Positions 45,818-55,605 of a stretch of 64,000 bases of DNA are shown one piece after another; the stretch's first letter is position 1, and the number at the start of each line of letters is the position of its first letter. The position numbers and the translations under genes were made by a program. Where the stretch lies: positions 132,583 through 196,582 of the forward strand of contig JACOZP010000008.1 of NCBI GenBank assembly GCA_016181265.1, given 5' to 3'. The notes beneath the pieces were generated by a model. The model was given only the letters and a program-made list of their open reading frames with translations. It made no database searches and was not told where the DNA came from. The DNA is from Candidatus Woesearchaeota archaeon (GTDB taxonomy: Archaea > Nanobdellota > Nanobdellia > Woesearchaeales > GW2011-AR9).

Positions 45818-46807
45818 TTAATTTCCGACCCATTTGTCATAGATTGTACTTGCTTCTGCTTCTGATTGCGCTTTGATTAGCGCTCTGCCATCTTTAAATA
45901 GAAGAATGTTTTGGAATGACAGTGTCTCATTGTCACGGAATACTTTACCTACCTTTTGCCATCGTTGTTCTATCTCTATAAAATCTTTCACTTTTCCATT
46001 GATCTGGTAGCGTCCTGTCGAGCAGAATAACATCGATTTTATTTTATTCTCATGTTGTGATAGTTCTTCTCCCTGAGTGCAGGCGATACAATTTTTCTTT
46101 TTTGGAATCCTTATTTTTTTGATGGTGTTTTCCCAAATGTTTAGATGAATCAGTTCATTCTCTCTGACAGTCTCTGCTCGTTGAGTGATGATTTTTAATG
46201 CTAATGTTACCTGCTGGGCAGAAATTGATGTTATTATCGTGTTAAGTACACCAGCAGTCGTGCATGTTTCTGGTGGAGGCGCGGTAAGAAAGCAGCGCAG
46301 GCAAGGTCCGTTAGGAAATATGGCCATTACATATCCTTCTGTCCTAATCGCAGCAGCGTAAATCCATCGTTTGTTATTTTTCTTACAATAATAATTAATC
46401 AAGAAACGAGTCTGCAGATTGTCCGTACAATCTAATACGAGGTCTGCCTCTAGAAGAGTATCAATGTTCTTGGTATTAAGATCAACTGCTTTTGGTATGA
46501 TCTCTATCTTGGAATTAATCTCTTTTAGTTTTTCTGCTGCAACAGCAGCTTTACTTCTTCCCACATCTTTTTCTGCGAAAATGTTTTGACGTTGAAGATT
46601 GGAAAGCTCGATTATGTCTCGATCAATAAGGATAATTTTCCCAATGCCAGCACGAGTTAGGAGTTCGGCAGTACTGGAACCTAATGCTCCTATACCAACG
46701 ATTACCATACTTGCTCTTCTAATCTTTTCTTGTCCTTCTCTTCCTACGATGGACAAGATTTCCTGTCGAGAATAACGTCCTTGGTCTGCTTGTTGAAAAT
46801 CATCCAT
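45818..46807 (-). CDS. E1-like ThiF/MoeB/UbaA-family adenylyltransferase with about 85 aa C-terminal extension
   Basis: 329 aa. RQEILSIVGREGQEKIRRASMVIVGIGALGSSTAELLTRAGIGKIILIDRDIIELSNLQRQ (Rossmann GxGxxG). Zinc tetrad CLRC...CIAC. The extra C-terminal domain is of unknown type. 8 nt overlap with the upstream gene. Confidence 0.85.
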   Translation of the reverse strand: MDDFQQADQGRYSRQEILSIVGREGQEKIRRASMVIVGIGALGSSTAELLTRAGIGKIILIDRDIIELSNLQRQNIFAEKDVGRSKAAVAAEKLKEINSKIEIIPKAVDLNTKNIDTLLEADLVLDCTDNLQTRFLINYYCKKNNKRWIYAAAIRTEGYVMAIFPNGPCLRCFLTAPPPETCTTAGVLNTIITSISAQQVTLALKIITQRAETVRENELIHLNIWENTIKKIRIPKKKNCIACTQGEELSQHENKIKSMLFCSTGRYQINGKVKDFIEIEQRWQKVGKVFRDNETLSFQNILLFKDGRALIKAQSEAEASTIYDKWVGN

Positions 46808-47756
46808 TGATAATCATCTCTTTCATCACGCAAGCATTACACACTTCTTTATTTGCCGCTTCACCACAACGTGAACATTGTTTTATCTCATCGATCCGTC
46901 CTTTCTCTTGCTCTCTAATATTTGGGAGAAGCGCGAGAAATGAATTGATAATCCCCTGTTTTGTCCCTTTATATTTCTGTTCAAAATCGTTAAGCATTTC
47001 TTGCACGTGATGGCGGAAGCCTTCTTTTGAATAAGGACATTCAGTAAACTGGACTTGGAACCCTTTGAGTAAGGCATAAAGACGGACTTCTTTCTCTAAA
47101 CAAAAATATAACGGTTTTACCCTTTGGATAAAGTGTTCTGATTCTTCAATCCCCGAGATGGGGCCCATCCTTCCGGCAAGCTGGGTGTTAGCTTTAAAGA
47201 TGTTCATCATGATGACCTGTGCTTCATCATCAAGATTATGGCCCGTTATCACTTTTGTCGCACCGCTTTTAGCGGCGTATTTATTGAGCAAATACCGTCG
47301 CCAGACCCCGCAAACATTGCACGGTTTTTTCTGGGTACCTTTGTTGATGATGGGGTATGCTTGGTCTAATGTCTTACCCAATTCGGTCTCGAAGCTGACG
47401 ATCTCTAACGGGATCTGATGATCACTACAGAATTTCTGAAGATCTATAATGGTCTTCTCACGATATTCTGCAATCCCTTCATCGATAGCAAGTGCTCGAA
47501 TGTTTTTTGTAGGGATGTTATTTCGCTCACAGTATTTCTTGGTCAGATACAACACCGTTAACGAATCTTTTCCTCCAGAAGTGGCGACGCAGAGAATATC
47601 TTTGCGGCCAATCAGACGGTATTTGTTAATGGTTTTCAAGACTTTTTCTTCAAAATAGTTGATGAAGTGAGTTTTACATAGTGCTCCATGCTGTACTTCA
47701 ATTACGGCTGATTTAGAACAATGAAAACAGTCCATCTTAGCCACCCGAGACGACAC
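46800..47756 (-). CDS. TtuA/NcsA-family tRNA 2-thiolation PP-loop ATPase
   Basis: 318 aa. N-terminal CxxC...CxxH zinc finger. PP-loop SGGKDS. Central PCNVCG. C-terminal CSRCGE...CNAC zinc finger. Confidence 0.8.
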   Translation of the reverse strand: MSSRVAKMDCFHCSKSAVIEVQHGALCKTHFINYFEEKVLKTINKYRLIGRKDILCVATSGGKDSLTVLYLTKKYCERNNIPTKNIRALAIDEGIAEYREKTIIDLQKFCSDHQIPLEIVSFETELGKTLDQAYPIINKGTQKKPCNVCGVWRRYLLNKYAAKSGATKVITGHNLDDEAQVIMMNIFKANTQLAGRMGPISGIEESEHFIQRVKPLYFCLEKEVRLYALLKGFQVQFTECPYSKEGFRHHVQEMLNDFEQKYKGTKQGIINSFLALLPNIREQEKGRIDEIKQCSRCGEAANKEVCNACVMKEMIING

Positions 47757-47940
47757 TTAGAAGTTCAAATACATCATTATCATGTACTGTTTCGTCCCCA
47801 ATAATCACTTCGTTATTACGGACGACAAGAAATACTTCAGGATTTATCTTTAGCTCTTTAAGAAGGTCTGTGACTGTTTTTCCATTGAATTCGATTTGCA
47901 GAGTGGTCTTTTCTCTTTCGTTGTATACTGTAATGTTCAT
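47737..47940 (-). CDS. Ubiquitin-like small archaeal modifier/sulfur-carrier protein (SAMP/TtuB-like, MoaD/ThiS fold) ending in Gly-Gly
   Basis: 67 aa. C-terminus ...ELLSVVSGG-stop. Overlaps the TtuA/NcsA start by 20 nt. It is the first gene of a three-gene minus-strand operon. Confidence 0.7.
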   Translation of the reverse strand: MNITVYNEREKTTLQIEFNGKTVTDLLKELKINPEVFLVVRNNEVIIGDETVHDNDVFELLSVVSGG

Positions 47941-48051
47941 GCCCCCTCCTTTTGTCTCAAACTAAGGCAAAAATTGGTTGGATTGTTTTTTAGGACAAGC
48001 TTTATAAATTTTTGTGGTGAATTATTTAAAGAGTGATATTATTCTTTTGTT

Positions 48052-48588
48052 ATGGATAATTATATTTTATTTGGTGAGGATGAGAACAGCAGGGAACTAA
48101 GTCTCTCTTTAGGATTTGCTCATCTCTTCTGTAAGGGAAAAGATTTTGAAATCATCAATGCTTCTTCTAAGAAAGAATTACTTCTTAAAGTGCGGCAATT
48201 GCAACAGAAGAAAATAGTTGTCCTCTTCAAACCAACGACTGAAGAAATGTTACGCTTCGCGTTGGAGAAGACTACTGTTGATGGGGTTATTGGTGTTGAA
48301 GAGATTCATCCTTCTGATTCTGTCCATTACCTGCGAGGAGGTTTAGATCAGATTTTGTGCAAGATTGCGCGGGAAAATGGGAAGAAAATAGTATTCTCTT
48401 TCTCTTCGATCTTAAATTCTTCTCACCGTTCGCGCTTGTTGGCAAGAATCATATTCAATCTGGAATTATGTCGCAAGTACAAAAATCAGACTGTTTTTGG
48501 TAATTTTTCTTTGATTTCGGAGGAGATGCGTTCCGCAGCAGATTTACTTGCGTTTCGCCGTGTTTTAGAGAAAAAGTTTATAAAGTAG
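48052..48588 (+). CDS. RNase P protein component 3 (Rpp30)-like protein
   Basis: 178 aa. C-terminal ARIIFNLELCRKYKNQTVFGNFSLISEEMRSAADLLAFRRVL resembles Rpp30 (…LCRKYGVPVVISSDAHS..ELRSP.D..AL…), with SSDA replaced by GNFS. Confidence 0.45.
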   Translation: MDNYILFGEDENSRELSLSLGFAHLFCKGKDFEIINASSKKELLLKVRQLQQKKIVVLFKPTTEEMLRFALEKTTVDGVIGVEEIHPSDSVHYLRGGLDQILCKIARENGKKIVFSFSSILNSSHRSRLLARIIFNLELCRKYKNQTVFGNFSLISEEMRSAADLLAFRRVLEKKFIK

Positions 48589-48646
48589 CCTCTTTTAAGT
48601 AGTTAAATTTGGTTTTAGTGTGTTCAATAGAATAGGTGAATAAACT

Positions 48647-48994
48647 ATGAAAACACTAAAATTAATGGCTTTAGGAGTTCTTTTAGGTGCAGGCGTCAGC
48701 AATTGTGAACCCGATGTGGAAAATAATTATTATAGTGGATCGGGAATTACTCCATCTGGTGCATACAGGGAATACACCTGTAGGGATGCTGCTGAAAGTT
48801 GGGGTAATTGTATGAGTCAACCAGGTTGGGACGATAATAAACAAATTCCCTCTAGTTATATTACACAATTAGCGGATGATTGCGAACGCCTTCCAGACCC
48901 TCAAAACTGTATTGATTGTGTTGTATCAAGTCCTTGTGATCCTAAACATAAAAAAAGTCCATTTAATTTTTGTGAAGAAGAATGTCCTTTGTAA
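48647..48994 (+). CDS. Small secreted Cys-rich (lipo)protein, family A (ENNYY...CIDCxxSxC)
   Basis: 115 aa. Signal peptide MKTLKLMALGVLLGAGVSNC. 10 Cys. Paralog of 52047-52433. Directly upstream of a giant Cys-rich protein. Confidence 0.6.
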   Translation: MKTLKLMALGVLLGAGVSNCEPDVENNYYSGSGITPSGAYREYTCRDAAESWGNCMSQPGWDDNKQIPSSYITQLADDCERLPDPQNCIDCVVSSPCDPKHKKSPFNFCEEECPL

Positions 48995-49071
48995 TTTTAT
49001 AATTATTTTTCTTCTTTTATTTTTAGGTAGATTTATAAATTTCTATCTCTTATCAATGTGATGAGGGATAT

Positions 49072-51966
49072 ATGAGAAAAAGAGGATTACTTATAGTACT
49101 AGTTATTGTTCTATTAATCTCTCTTACTATTAATATTTCTGCTGCGGATCCTTTAATGTCTATTGAGAAGAAATTAAACGATCAGAAAGTGCTGGCGTTA
49201 GGTAAAATTGTCAACGCAGCTTATTCCGCGGGTTGTGATGCAGGATCAGATGATGACTGTTGGTATGATGGGGATGGGGGGATGAAAGGTGGGGAAAATA
49301 TCGTTGTTGATAACAATCGGGTCGCTATTACTTTAGATGTTGTTACTCCTTCCACCATAATTACAGGTCATGGTGAGTATGAATGTGACAATGTGGGTGA
49401 TGATTTAAATGCATTAGGAAATAAAGGAAATTCTCAAGGTTGTTTTGTAGGCTTAATTGATAAAGATTCAGGGGATTATGACGATGGTGCAGTAGGATAC
49501 GCGGCGAAAGGCACAATCTTGGATCATCAATACAAATCCGTCGCTTTTGCAGGACGTTATACTGCTTGTGATGACGATGATGCAAATGATGCCAAGAAAG
49601 GCCTGGTTGAAGCTCGTTTTAAGACAGGTGGAGTCAACGGCCCAATGTATCTTTGTTCGGGGGATAGTCAATGGCATATCTGTAAAGATGATCGAGGAGA
49701 AGAAAATCCCCCGTATTACGGAACGTATAGTTATGGTGAAGGAAATAGCATCTATAATTGTAGCGCTAATGAACAAGATGTAGTGACTTGGATTAAGCTT
49801 CCAGGTGTCGATAATGATCATGATCTTTACACCGATTTAGCTGGCGATTGTCGTGACGATCCCACCAACGATCCGCAGTTTTGTAAAGTGATCACTACCG
49901 CTGATTGCAGCGGTGAAGTAGGAGCATTGAAATATGCTTCTTGTGCGGTCTGTATCAATCCTAGCCAACCAGAACGAGGAGGGGATGGCATCGATAACAG
50001 CTGTACTACTGGGAAGACTGGTGATAGTGTTCTTACTGTTGATGACAATATGGACTTGCCGTTGTATAAAGAAGTGTGTAATCAAGAATTTGAATTTAGT
50101 CCGGAGAGCAGCGAGCAGAACCGTTGTTGTGGTGATGACGGGATTAGAGATGTTGGCGCAGTGATCAATACACTCTCTGGTGAATACTTGTGTCTCAACG
50201 GTCAAGAGGGGGAAAAAGAATGGAAATGGATTTCTGCTGGTGTGAATAAGTTTACAATTTTTACAGTAAATAAAATTGCAGAAAGGTCCTATGATCTTGT
50301 CTCAAACGGAGAACGTTGGAAAGCGTGTTCTGCGAGTACGGAGGGGAAACTCGAAGCGTCTGCTTTTTTCCCGAATGATGCAGCGCGATTTTATTGCAGT
50401 TCTACTGATGATGAAGCAGTCTGGGCGGATTGTGCGAAAGTATCGGAGAATGGTATAAAGCAAAGAACTGTTGGTCAAGGTGTTTTCGATCTGATGAATT
50501 TTGTTAAAGATAGTTCGATCCATTTCAGCAGCCAAGGCGGATTTACTGCCTACGAGATGATCTATGGAAAGCGTTATCCTTCTTTTGCTGGTTATGATTA
50601 TCTCGATGTCTATTTTCAATTTACGGATGAAACGTTGGAAGAAGGAGTAGGACTCCGTCTGGATGCATGGTCTACTAAGGGGAAGATTGCAACAGAAAAT
50701 GTGATGGGATATGTCATCAATGGAGCTTCGCTAGTTGGTAAGAAAACATATCATGCACAGATTCCCATGCAAGGATGGAGGGATGTTACAATTATTTCTT
50801 TTGTCCCAGTTAAAACTACTTTAGAATTGAAGAATGTCCATCTTTCTAAAAAGGGAAATGATCCCGTCTGTGCGGGAAATCTCTGGCTGGATTCTCTTGA
50901 TGCAGAAGATCTTTCGGTTGAAGAAGGTCAGATGTGCACTGCTTTAGGGTTAGCGTGGCTAGGTGATAAAGTAGAAGATCCTTCACTGCGCTGTTGCGGT
51001 AATACGGCTGGTGAATATGGTGTCGGTGACGAGAAGGGGTGTTGGAATTCACAGAGTGTTGATATTGGTCAGAGGATGACAAATGTTCAATTTGAATTAA
51101 CGTACGGAAAGGGAGAGTGGACGTATGGGACGACTGCCCAAAGTATCTCTGCTGATGTTGTTATCTCTTCTCCAACGGAATCTAAAACTGTTCATTGTTC
51201 ACAAACTGTCGATAGTTCTCAACCAACAAAATTATGTGAAATTGAATTTAGCCTCTCACAATTTAGAGATGCTACTCTCATCAATGTAAATGGTAGCCGA
51301 GCTTATTTTGCTGATCCTCTTCAACCAGAAGCGTATGATGAATCGTCTACTTCTCTAAAATATGATGACCTTCTTTCTATTGGTAAAGAGAAGAGTATTT
51401 TTTATGTGATGGGTGTGGCGGATACTCTTACTCAGGCTTATTCTTTTAATCCTTCGGTTACTGAAACATTGGCTTATTCATGTGATTCTTCGCCTTGCCG
51501 GATCCATCTGAAAGGGGTTCCTCCTTATACGATCCACAATAATTTTCCACAAAAATATGATCTCTACTTCGTGACAGGTGTTGACGGGAAAGAGATTCGT
51601 ACTCTCATTGATAAAGAGAAAACCGTGTATGCTCCCGATGGTTGGTTAGAGGTTGATGCTGTTCCGTTACAGGTGCTTTTTGCGGGAACGGCATTTCTTG
51701 GTTGCGGCGACACTACTTCTTTTGGGGCTGTTTCGCTAGTGTCTGAGAAAGTATGTTTTGCACAGAAAGTGGATACCGATGGGTTCTATTGTGATCCTTT
51801 CGGCAATTGGAAGAACGATGAGCTTCCGATGACGAGCTATGATGCAGAGAATAACATCCAACTAGTCCCTGGAATAGTGCACCAACCAGGAGATCGTAAT
51901 CACACTTCCTCTATCGTCTTTGGTAGGAATCTTTTAGAGAATCCTATGTTAAGTTTAACAAAGTAA
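49072..51966 (+). CDS. Giant secreted cysteine-rich protein A (964 aa)
   Basis: Signal peptide MRKRGLLIVLVIVLLISLTINISAADP. MopE-like Asp/Cys motif (DNDHDLYTDLAGDCRDDPTNDPQFC). RCCGDDG and RCCGNTAGEYG motifs shared with protein C. Many Cys. Confidence 0.7.
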   Translation: MRKRGLLIVLVIVLLISLTINISAADPLMSIEKKLNDQKVLALGKIVNAAYSAGCDAGSDDDCWYDGDGGMKGGENIVVDNNRVAITLDVVTPSTIITGHGEYECDNVGDDLNALGNKGNSQGCFVGLIDKDSGDYDDGAVGYAAKGTILDHQYKSVAFAGRYTACDDDDANDAKKGLVEARFKTGGVNGPMYLCSGDSQWHICKDDRGEENPPYYGTYSYGEGNSIYNCSANEQDVVTWIKLPGVDNDHDLYTDLAGDCRDDPTNDPQFCKVITTADCSGEVGALKYASCAVCINPSQPERGGDGIDNSCTTGKTGDSVLTVDDNMDLPLYKEVCNQEFEFSPESSEQNRCCGDDGIRDVGAVINTLSGEYLCLNGQEGEKEWKWISAGVNKFTIFTVNKIAERSYDLVSNGERWKACSASTEGKLEASAFFPNDAARFYCSSTDDEAVWADCAKVSENGIKQRTVGQGVFDLMNFVKDSSIHFSSQGGFTAYEMIYGKRYPSFAGYDYLDVYFQFTDETLEEGVGLRLDAWSTKGKIATENVMGYVINGASLVGKKTYHAQIPMQGWRDVTIISFVPVKTTLELKNVHLSKKGNDPVCAGNLWLDSLDAEDLSVEEGQMCTALGLAWLGDKVEDPSLRCCGNTAGEYGVGDEKGCWNSQSVDIGQRMTNVQFELTYGKGEWTYGTTAQSISADVVISSPTESKTVHCSQTVDSSQPTKLCEIEFSLSQFRDATLINVNGSRAYFADPLQPEAYDESSTSLKYDDLLSIGKEKSIFYVMGVADTLTQAYSFNPSVTETLAYSCDSSPCRIHLKGVPPYTIHNNFPQKYDLYFVTGVDGKEIRTLIDKEKTVYAPDGWLEVDAVPLQVLFAGTAFLGCGDTTSFGAVSLVSEKVCFAQKVDTDGFYCDPFGNWKNDELPMTSYDAENNIQLVPGIVHQPGDRNHTSSIVFGRNLLENPMLSLTK

Positions 51967-52046
51967 ATTTGAGTAGAAAATATTTATAAATAATCCTCAA
52001 ATTGGGATACTATTCGGTTTTAGGCGTGTTCTTGGAGGACTATACA

Positions 52047-52433
52047 ATGATACGGAAAGTAATGGTAGGTGCGCTCTTGGGATATAATATTTTAGCCTGC
52101 GGACCAACAACTGAGAATAACTATTATGGTATTACACCCAGTGGCCGGGATGGTTCTTTTTCCTGCGCTGATGCGGGAGAGGTTGAACGTCTTTGTAAGT
52201 TAGACTTAACTGGAAGAGATGATAAATTTGCAGATAATTCCTGGACTGATTGTGTTGCGAAGGGATGTGAATATTACCACTTTAGTCAAGCATGTATTGA
52301 TTGTATGGTTGCCAGCGAATGTGTTGATCAACCTAAAGAATCAGGAATGCCTGAAACTCCTTGGGAATTATGCGCCGCGCAAGGCCAATGTCCTAAACAA
52401 CCTAAAGAATGGGCATTTGATGTTTGTTATTGA
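52047..52433 (+). CDS. Small secreted Cys-rich (lipo)protein, family A paralog
   Basis: Start at MIRKVMVGALLGYNILAC (lipobox-like LAC), GGAGGA 7 nt upstream. ENNYYGITPSGRDGSFSC...CIDCMVASEC aligns with 48647-48994. Confidence 0.55.
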   Translation: MIRKVMVGALLGYNILACGPTTENNYYGITPSGRDGSFSCADAGEVERLCKLDLTGRDDKFADNSWTDCVAKGCEYYHFSQACIDCMVASECVDQPKESGMPETPWELCAAQGQCPKQPKEWAFDVCY

Positions 52434-52590
52434 TAAATTCTTTTTATTTTACTTTTCTCTTTCTCTATCGCTACATTTATATAGTTTTTACTCTTAATTT
52501 CTGTTAGTACCATGAATTGGAAAAAAGAGGTTTTGATTAATGTACTTTCTCGTATTTCTACTTCAACGTTCTCAAAAAAGGTGATAAACA

Positions 52591-52950
52591 ATGAAAATAG
52601 AAGTTAGTATTACAAAAGGAAAGTTTTGGACTCTAACAGCGATGTTAGTCTTTGTTGTTAGTATTTTTGTATTTGCGGCTAAACCAACTCCTGTTGGCCA
52701 TAGTGTTGATGAGGTAGAAGGGCTGAGTGAGCTTCAGAAGAAAGTTAATGATCTTGCTGCAAAGAGTGAATGGCCCGAAGGTTCTTACTGTGTGTGGAAG
52801 AAAGGAGATTGTCCAACTGGGTTTAGTGAGGCAAGTTTACATATTGATGCTGAAGATGATGGGGATTGGAATACGGGTGGTCCTATCGGTGATAGTAAAG
52901 AAGGTGGGAAAGATAATGTTGACATTTATGCGTGTTGCAAAACTTCATGA
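52591..52950 (+). CDS. Small membrane-anchored/secreted Cys-containing protein
   Basis: 119 aa. N-terminal TM (FWTLTAMLVFVVSIFVFAA). CVWKKGDCP...YACC. 4 nt ATGA overlap with the next gene. Confidence 0.45.
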   Translation: MKIEVSITKGKFWTLTAMLVFVVSIFVFAAKPTPVGHSVDEVEGLSELQKKVNDLAAKSEWPEGSYCVWKKGDCPTGFSEASLHIDAEDDGDWNTGGPIGDSKEGGKDNVDIYACCKTS

Positions 52951-55304
52951 ACCAAAAACCAATACTCCTCTTTGTACTTTTTCTTTCTAGCATTTCGTTT
53001 GCTGCAGCATTAGAGTGTTCTGTCTCGCAGACTGCTTGTAATCAACCGGGAGAAGCAATTATTTTGTGCCTCTCTGATCAGGCAAACGCACATGCCGAAC
53101 TCCCCCAGAGCATTGGCGGTGTGCAAAGCTGCTCCAATTATCAGTGGAAATTATGTTGTAAAGATATGTTTGTAAGTAATGATTGTAGAGCCGATAATCA
53201 GATTGCTTGGCTCGCAGCTCCGACGAATTCTCACGCAGCGCAGAGCAGTGGTTCAACATATTCTATTCCTGTCTGTGTTAATGGTTTACGTGAAACAACA
53301 TGTTCGACCTCTTCTTTTTCTGGCTCAACGTGTGTTCTTTCATTTTCAAGCAAAACTAATGCACATATCGCAAGTTGTGATGAGTCAAGTTATAAGAATC
53401 GAGTTTATTGCGCGGTAAATTCAGATAATGACAAAGATGGTTATGCGGCGAATATCGATTGTGATGATGATAATAAAAATGTAAATCCTGCAGCGGAAGA
53501 GATCGGCGATGGTTTGGATAATGATTGTGATGGTCTGATCGATGGTGATGATTCTGACTTGCTTCTCCTCCCAAAAGGGTGGTATCAGGTTTCTACGGAA
53601 TTAGATAAAGATCAATTTGGTTCCTATACTGCTGAAGGGGTTGAAGTGAAGACTTTAGAAACAGGCCAGAATGTCTTTACACTCACCGATTCAGGAAGAA
53701 AAGGTCTTCTTTCTAAGAAGATAAAGATTGAGAAAGGGAAAGAGTATGTTGCGAGAGGAGTGTTGTCATGTGAAGGGACAATACAGCTCGTCTTTGATGA
53801 TACTGTTGCGGAGGAGGAAGAAAGCGGCTTTTTGGGGTTTCTGTTGGGAGTTGACCTGGTAAATTCAGCAACAGGAAAAGATTCTCTTTCTGTCGTTGCA
53901 AATTCTGGCGAAGCAGAATACGCAGCGTTGTTTGTCGATGTTAAAGGAGAGAATTGTGAAGTGCGTGATCTACAGATTGATCTGAAAGGAAAAATACAAC
54001 CTGTCGAGTACAATGATGCGGTCCAACCAAGATCTTTACCTATCGAGCCGACGACAACGTTTGCTGCTGCTGCCTGCTGTCCTCAAAATACCTGTTGGAA
54101 TGGTTTTTCTTGTGTTGAGAATATGCGCGACCAGACTTTCTTGTCAGAGATAATCACAGAAAAAACAGTATACCAATGCATTGACGGCAACTGGGTCTTC
54201 CGCGCGAAATTATATGATTGGAACAATGAGGAATTTGGTTCCTGTCCCAATGAAGGGCAGTGTTTCGTCTTGAGTTCGCAGAAAGATGCTTCGCCGGAGG
54301 CGAAGGCTAGTGATTTTTACTCGGGAAAATATCCTTTGTGTGTCAATAATGGGGAGTATATTTTTGATCACTATTGCCATGAGGGAAATTGGGTGACACG
54401 GACGCAGCTTGCTGCGGAGTACTTGCTCAAAGCCGCTCCAAGTACTGATTTCACACTTTACTGTACTAATCCTCGCGATGCGCTAGTGAGTTTGGAGAAC
54501 CAAGATCAATTTGTCTTAGGGGACCCGGTGGGTGTTGTGTCTGGACAAGCGGGTGGTCTGTTGGCGGTGGATAAGCCTCAACCAACACGTATCTGTTTCC
54601 CCGACCTGACGGAATCAGGAAAAATGCTTGTTGATGACGCTGATAATACTTGCATCAATAATGTTTGTCTTTTACAAGATACTGATGGAACTATTGCTTT
54701 TGCCACAACGTTGAACGAGGATGTTAATGATGTTACCGGTTCATTCGTGCAAGCGTTAGGGATTTCACCTGAGAACTTCGCTCAGTCTTGTAGCGGTGAA
54801 GGGGAGTATAAGACTTGCGTCATCAATGGTATAGACGGTGAGATTTATTATTCTCCAACATTAAACGCATTGATCTATAGTAAAGATGGTGTGTCGTTCG
54901 ATCCAGGCATGTTTGAGACGATCATCTCTTTCTTCACAAAATTATTTGGTGGAGCAGTTGATGAGACTACTCTCATCATTCCAGCAAACAAAGCGGTTCC
55001 TTTCATCTATCTCTCTAAAAGTGGAGATAAATCCGCTCAAGCATTTGTGGAAGATAATGGCAGAGATGCAGCGGGGAATCATAATCTTACTCTAGTCGCT
55101 AATTATTCTGGGTTCAAAACCCCAATCTGTCTCTTTGTGAATCATCTGGCGGCTCCCTCGTCTGCTGGTCAGGGGGTGTTAGGTGAATTAGCAGGGCAAA
55201 GTGGTTTTGTCTGTGTTGATAAGGATGAAATACAAGAAATTGTTGCGACAAAAGATGTTGGTTATCTTTGGCCGCAATTAACGGGCAGGTTGAGGGTCGA
55301 ATAG
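52947..55304 (+). CDS. Giant secreted cysteine-rich protein B (about 785 aa) with MopE-type putative metal-binding motif
   Basis: Signal peptide (ILLFVLFLSSISFAAALE). DKDGYAANIDCDDDNKNVNPAAEEIGDGLDNDCDGLIDGDD matches the DxDxDG...DCDD.N..VNP.A.E.CDG.DNDCDG consensus. Numerous Cys. Confidence 0.7.
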   Translation: MNQKPILLFVLFLSSISFAAALECSVSQTACNQPGEAIILCLSDQANAHAELPQSIGGVQSCSNYQWKLCCKDMFVSNDCRADNQIAWLAAPTNSHAAQSSGSTYSIPVCVNGLRETTCSTSSFSGSTCVLSFSSKTNAHIASCDESSYKNRVYCAVNSDNDKDGYAANIDCDDDNKNVNPAAEEIGDGLDNDCDGLIDGDDSDLLLLPKGWYQVSTELDKDQFGSYTAEGVEVKTLETGQNVFTLTDSGRKGLLSKKIKIEKGKEYVARGVLSCEGTIQLVFDDTVAEEEESGFLGFLLGVDLVNSATGKDSLSVVANSGEAEYAALFVDVKGENCEVRDLQIDLKGKIQPVEYNDAVQPRSLPIEPTTTFAAAACCPQNTCWNGFSCVENMRDQTFLSEIITEKTVYQCIDGNWVFRAKLYDWNNEEFGSCPNEGQCFVLSSQKDASPEAKASDFYSGKYPLCVNNGEYIFDHYCHEGNWVTRTQLAAEYLLKAAPSTDFTLYCTNPRDALVSLENQDQFVLGDPVGVVSGQAGGLLAVDKPQPTRICFPDLTESGKMLVDDADNTCINNVCLLQDTDGTIAFATTLNEDVNDVTGSFVQALGISPENFAQSCSGEGEYKTCVINGIDGEIYYSPTLNALIYSKDGVSFDPGMFETIISFFTKLFGGAVDETTLIIPANKAVPFIYLSKSGDKSAQAFVEDNGRDAAGNHNLTLVANYSGFKTPICLFVNHLAAPSSAGQGVLGELAGQSGFVCVDKDEIQEIVATKDVGYLWPQLTGRLRVE

Positions 55305-55305
55305 G

Positions 55306-55605
55306 ATGAAGATATTAAAACTGATCATTATCGTCCTGCTTGTTTTGTTTTTCTTCGGGGCTTTTTCTCAATGGAAATATTTTATCAAACCGATCTCCGA
55401 AGAGTGTGGCCAGTTTAATCTTAATCCTGATGTTTCTCATCAGAAGAGTTGTGATTGCAGCGGCTTCTCTTTTTCTGAGATTGCAAAAGGTTCAACTAAC
55501 AACTATTGTTTTGGCACCTGCAAGATGTGTGAATGTTCTAACTACTATCTGGAAAATCAAACCAGAAAGATTGTGGATTGTTCTCAGTTTGGTCAAGACG
55601 ATTAA
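55306..55605 (+). CDS. Small secreted Cys-rich protein
   Basis: 99 aa. Signal peptide MKILKLIIIVLLVLFFFGAFS. CDCSGFSF...CFGTCKMCECSNYY. Preferred over the overlapping 5' extension of the 55340 ORF. Confidence 0.5.
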   Translation: MKILKLIIIVLLVLFFFGAFSQWKYFIKPISEECGQFNLNPDVSHQKSCDCSGFSFSEIAKGSTNNYCFGTCKMCECSNYYLENQTRKIVDCSQFGQDD

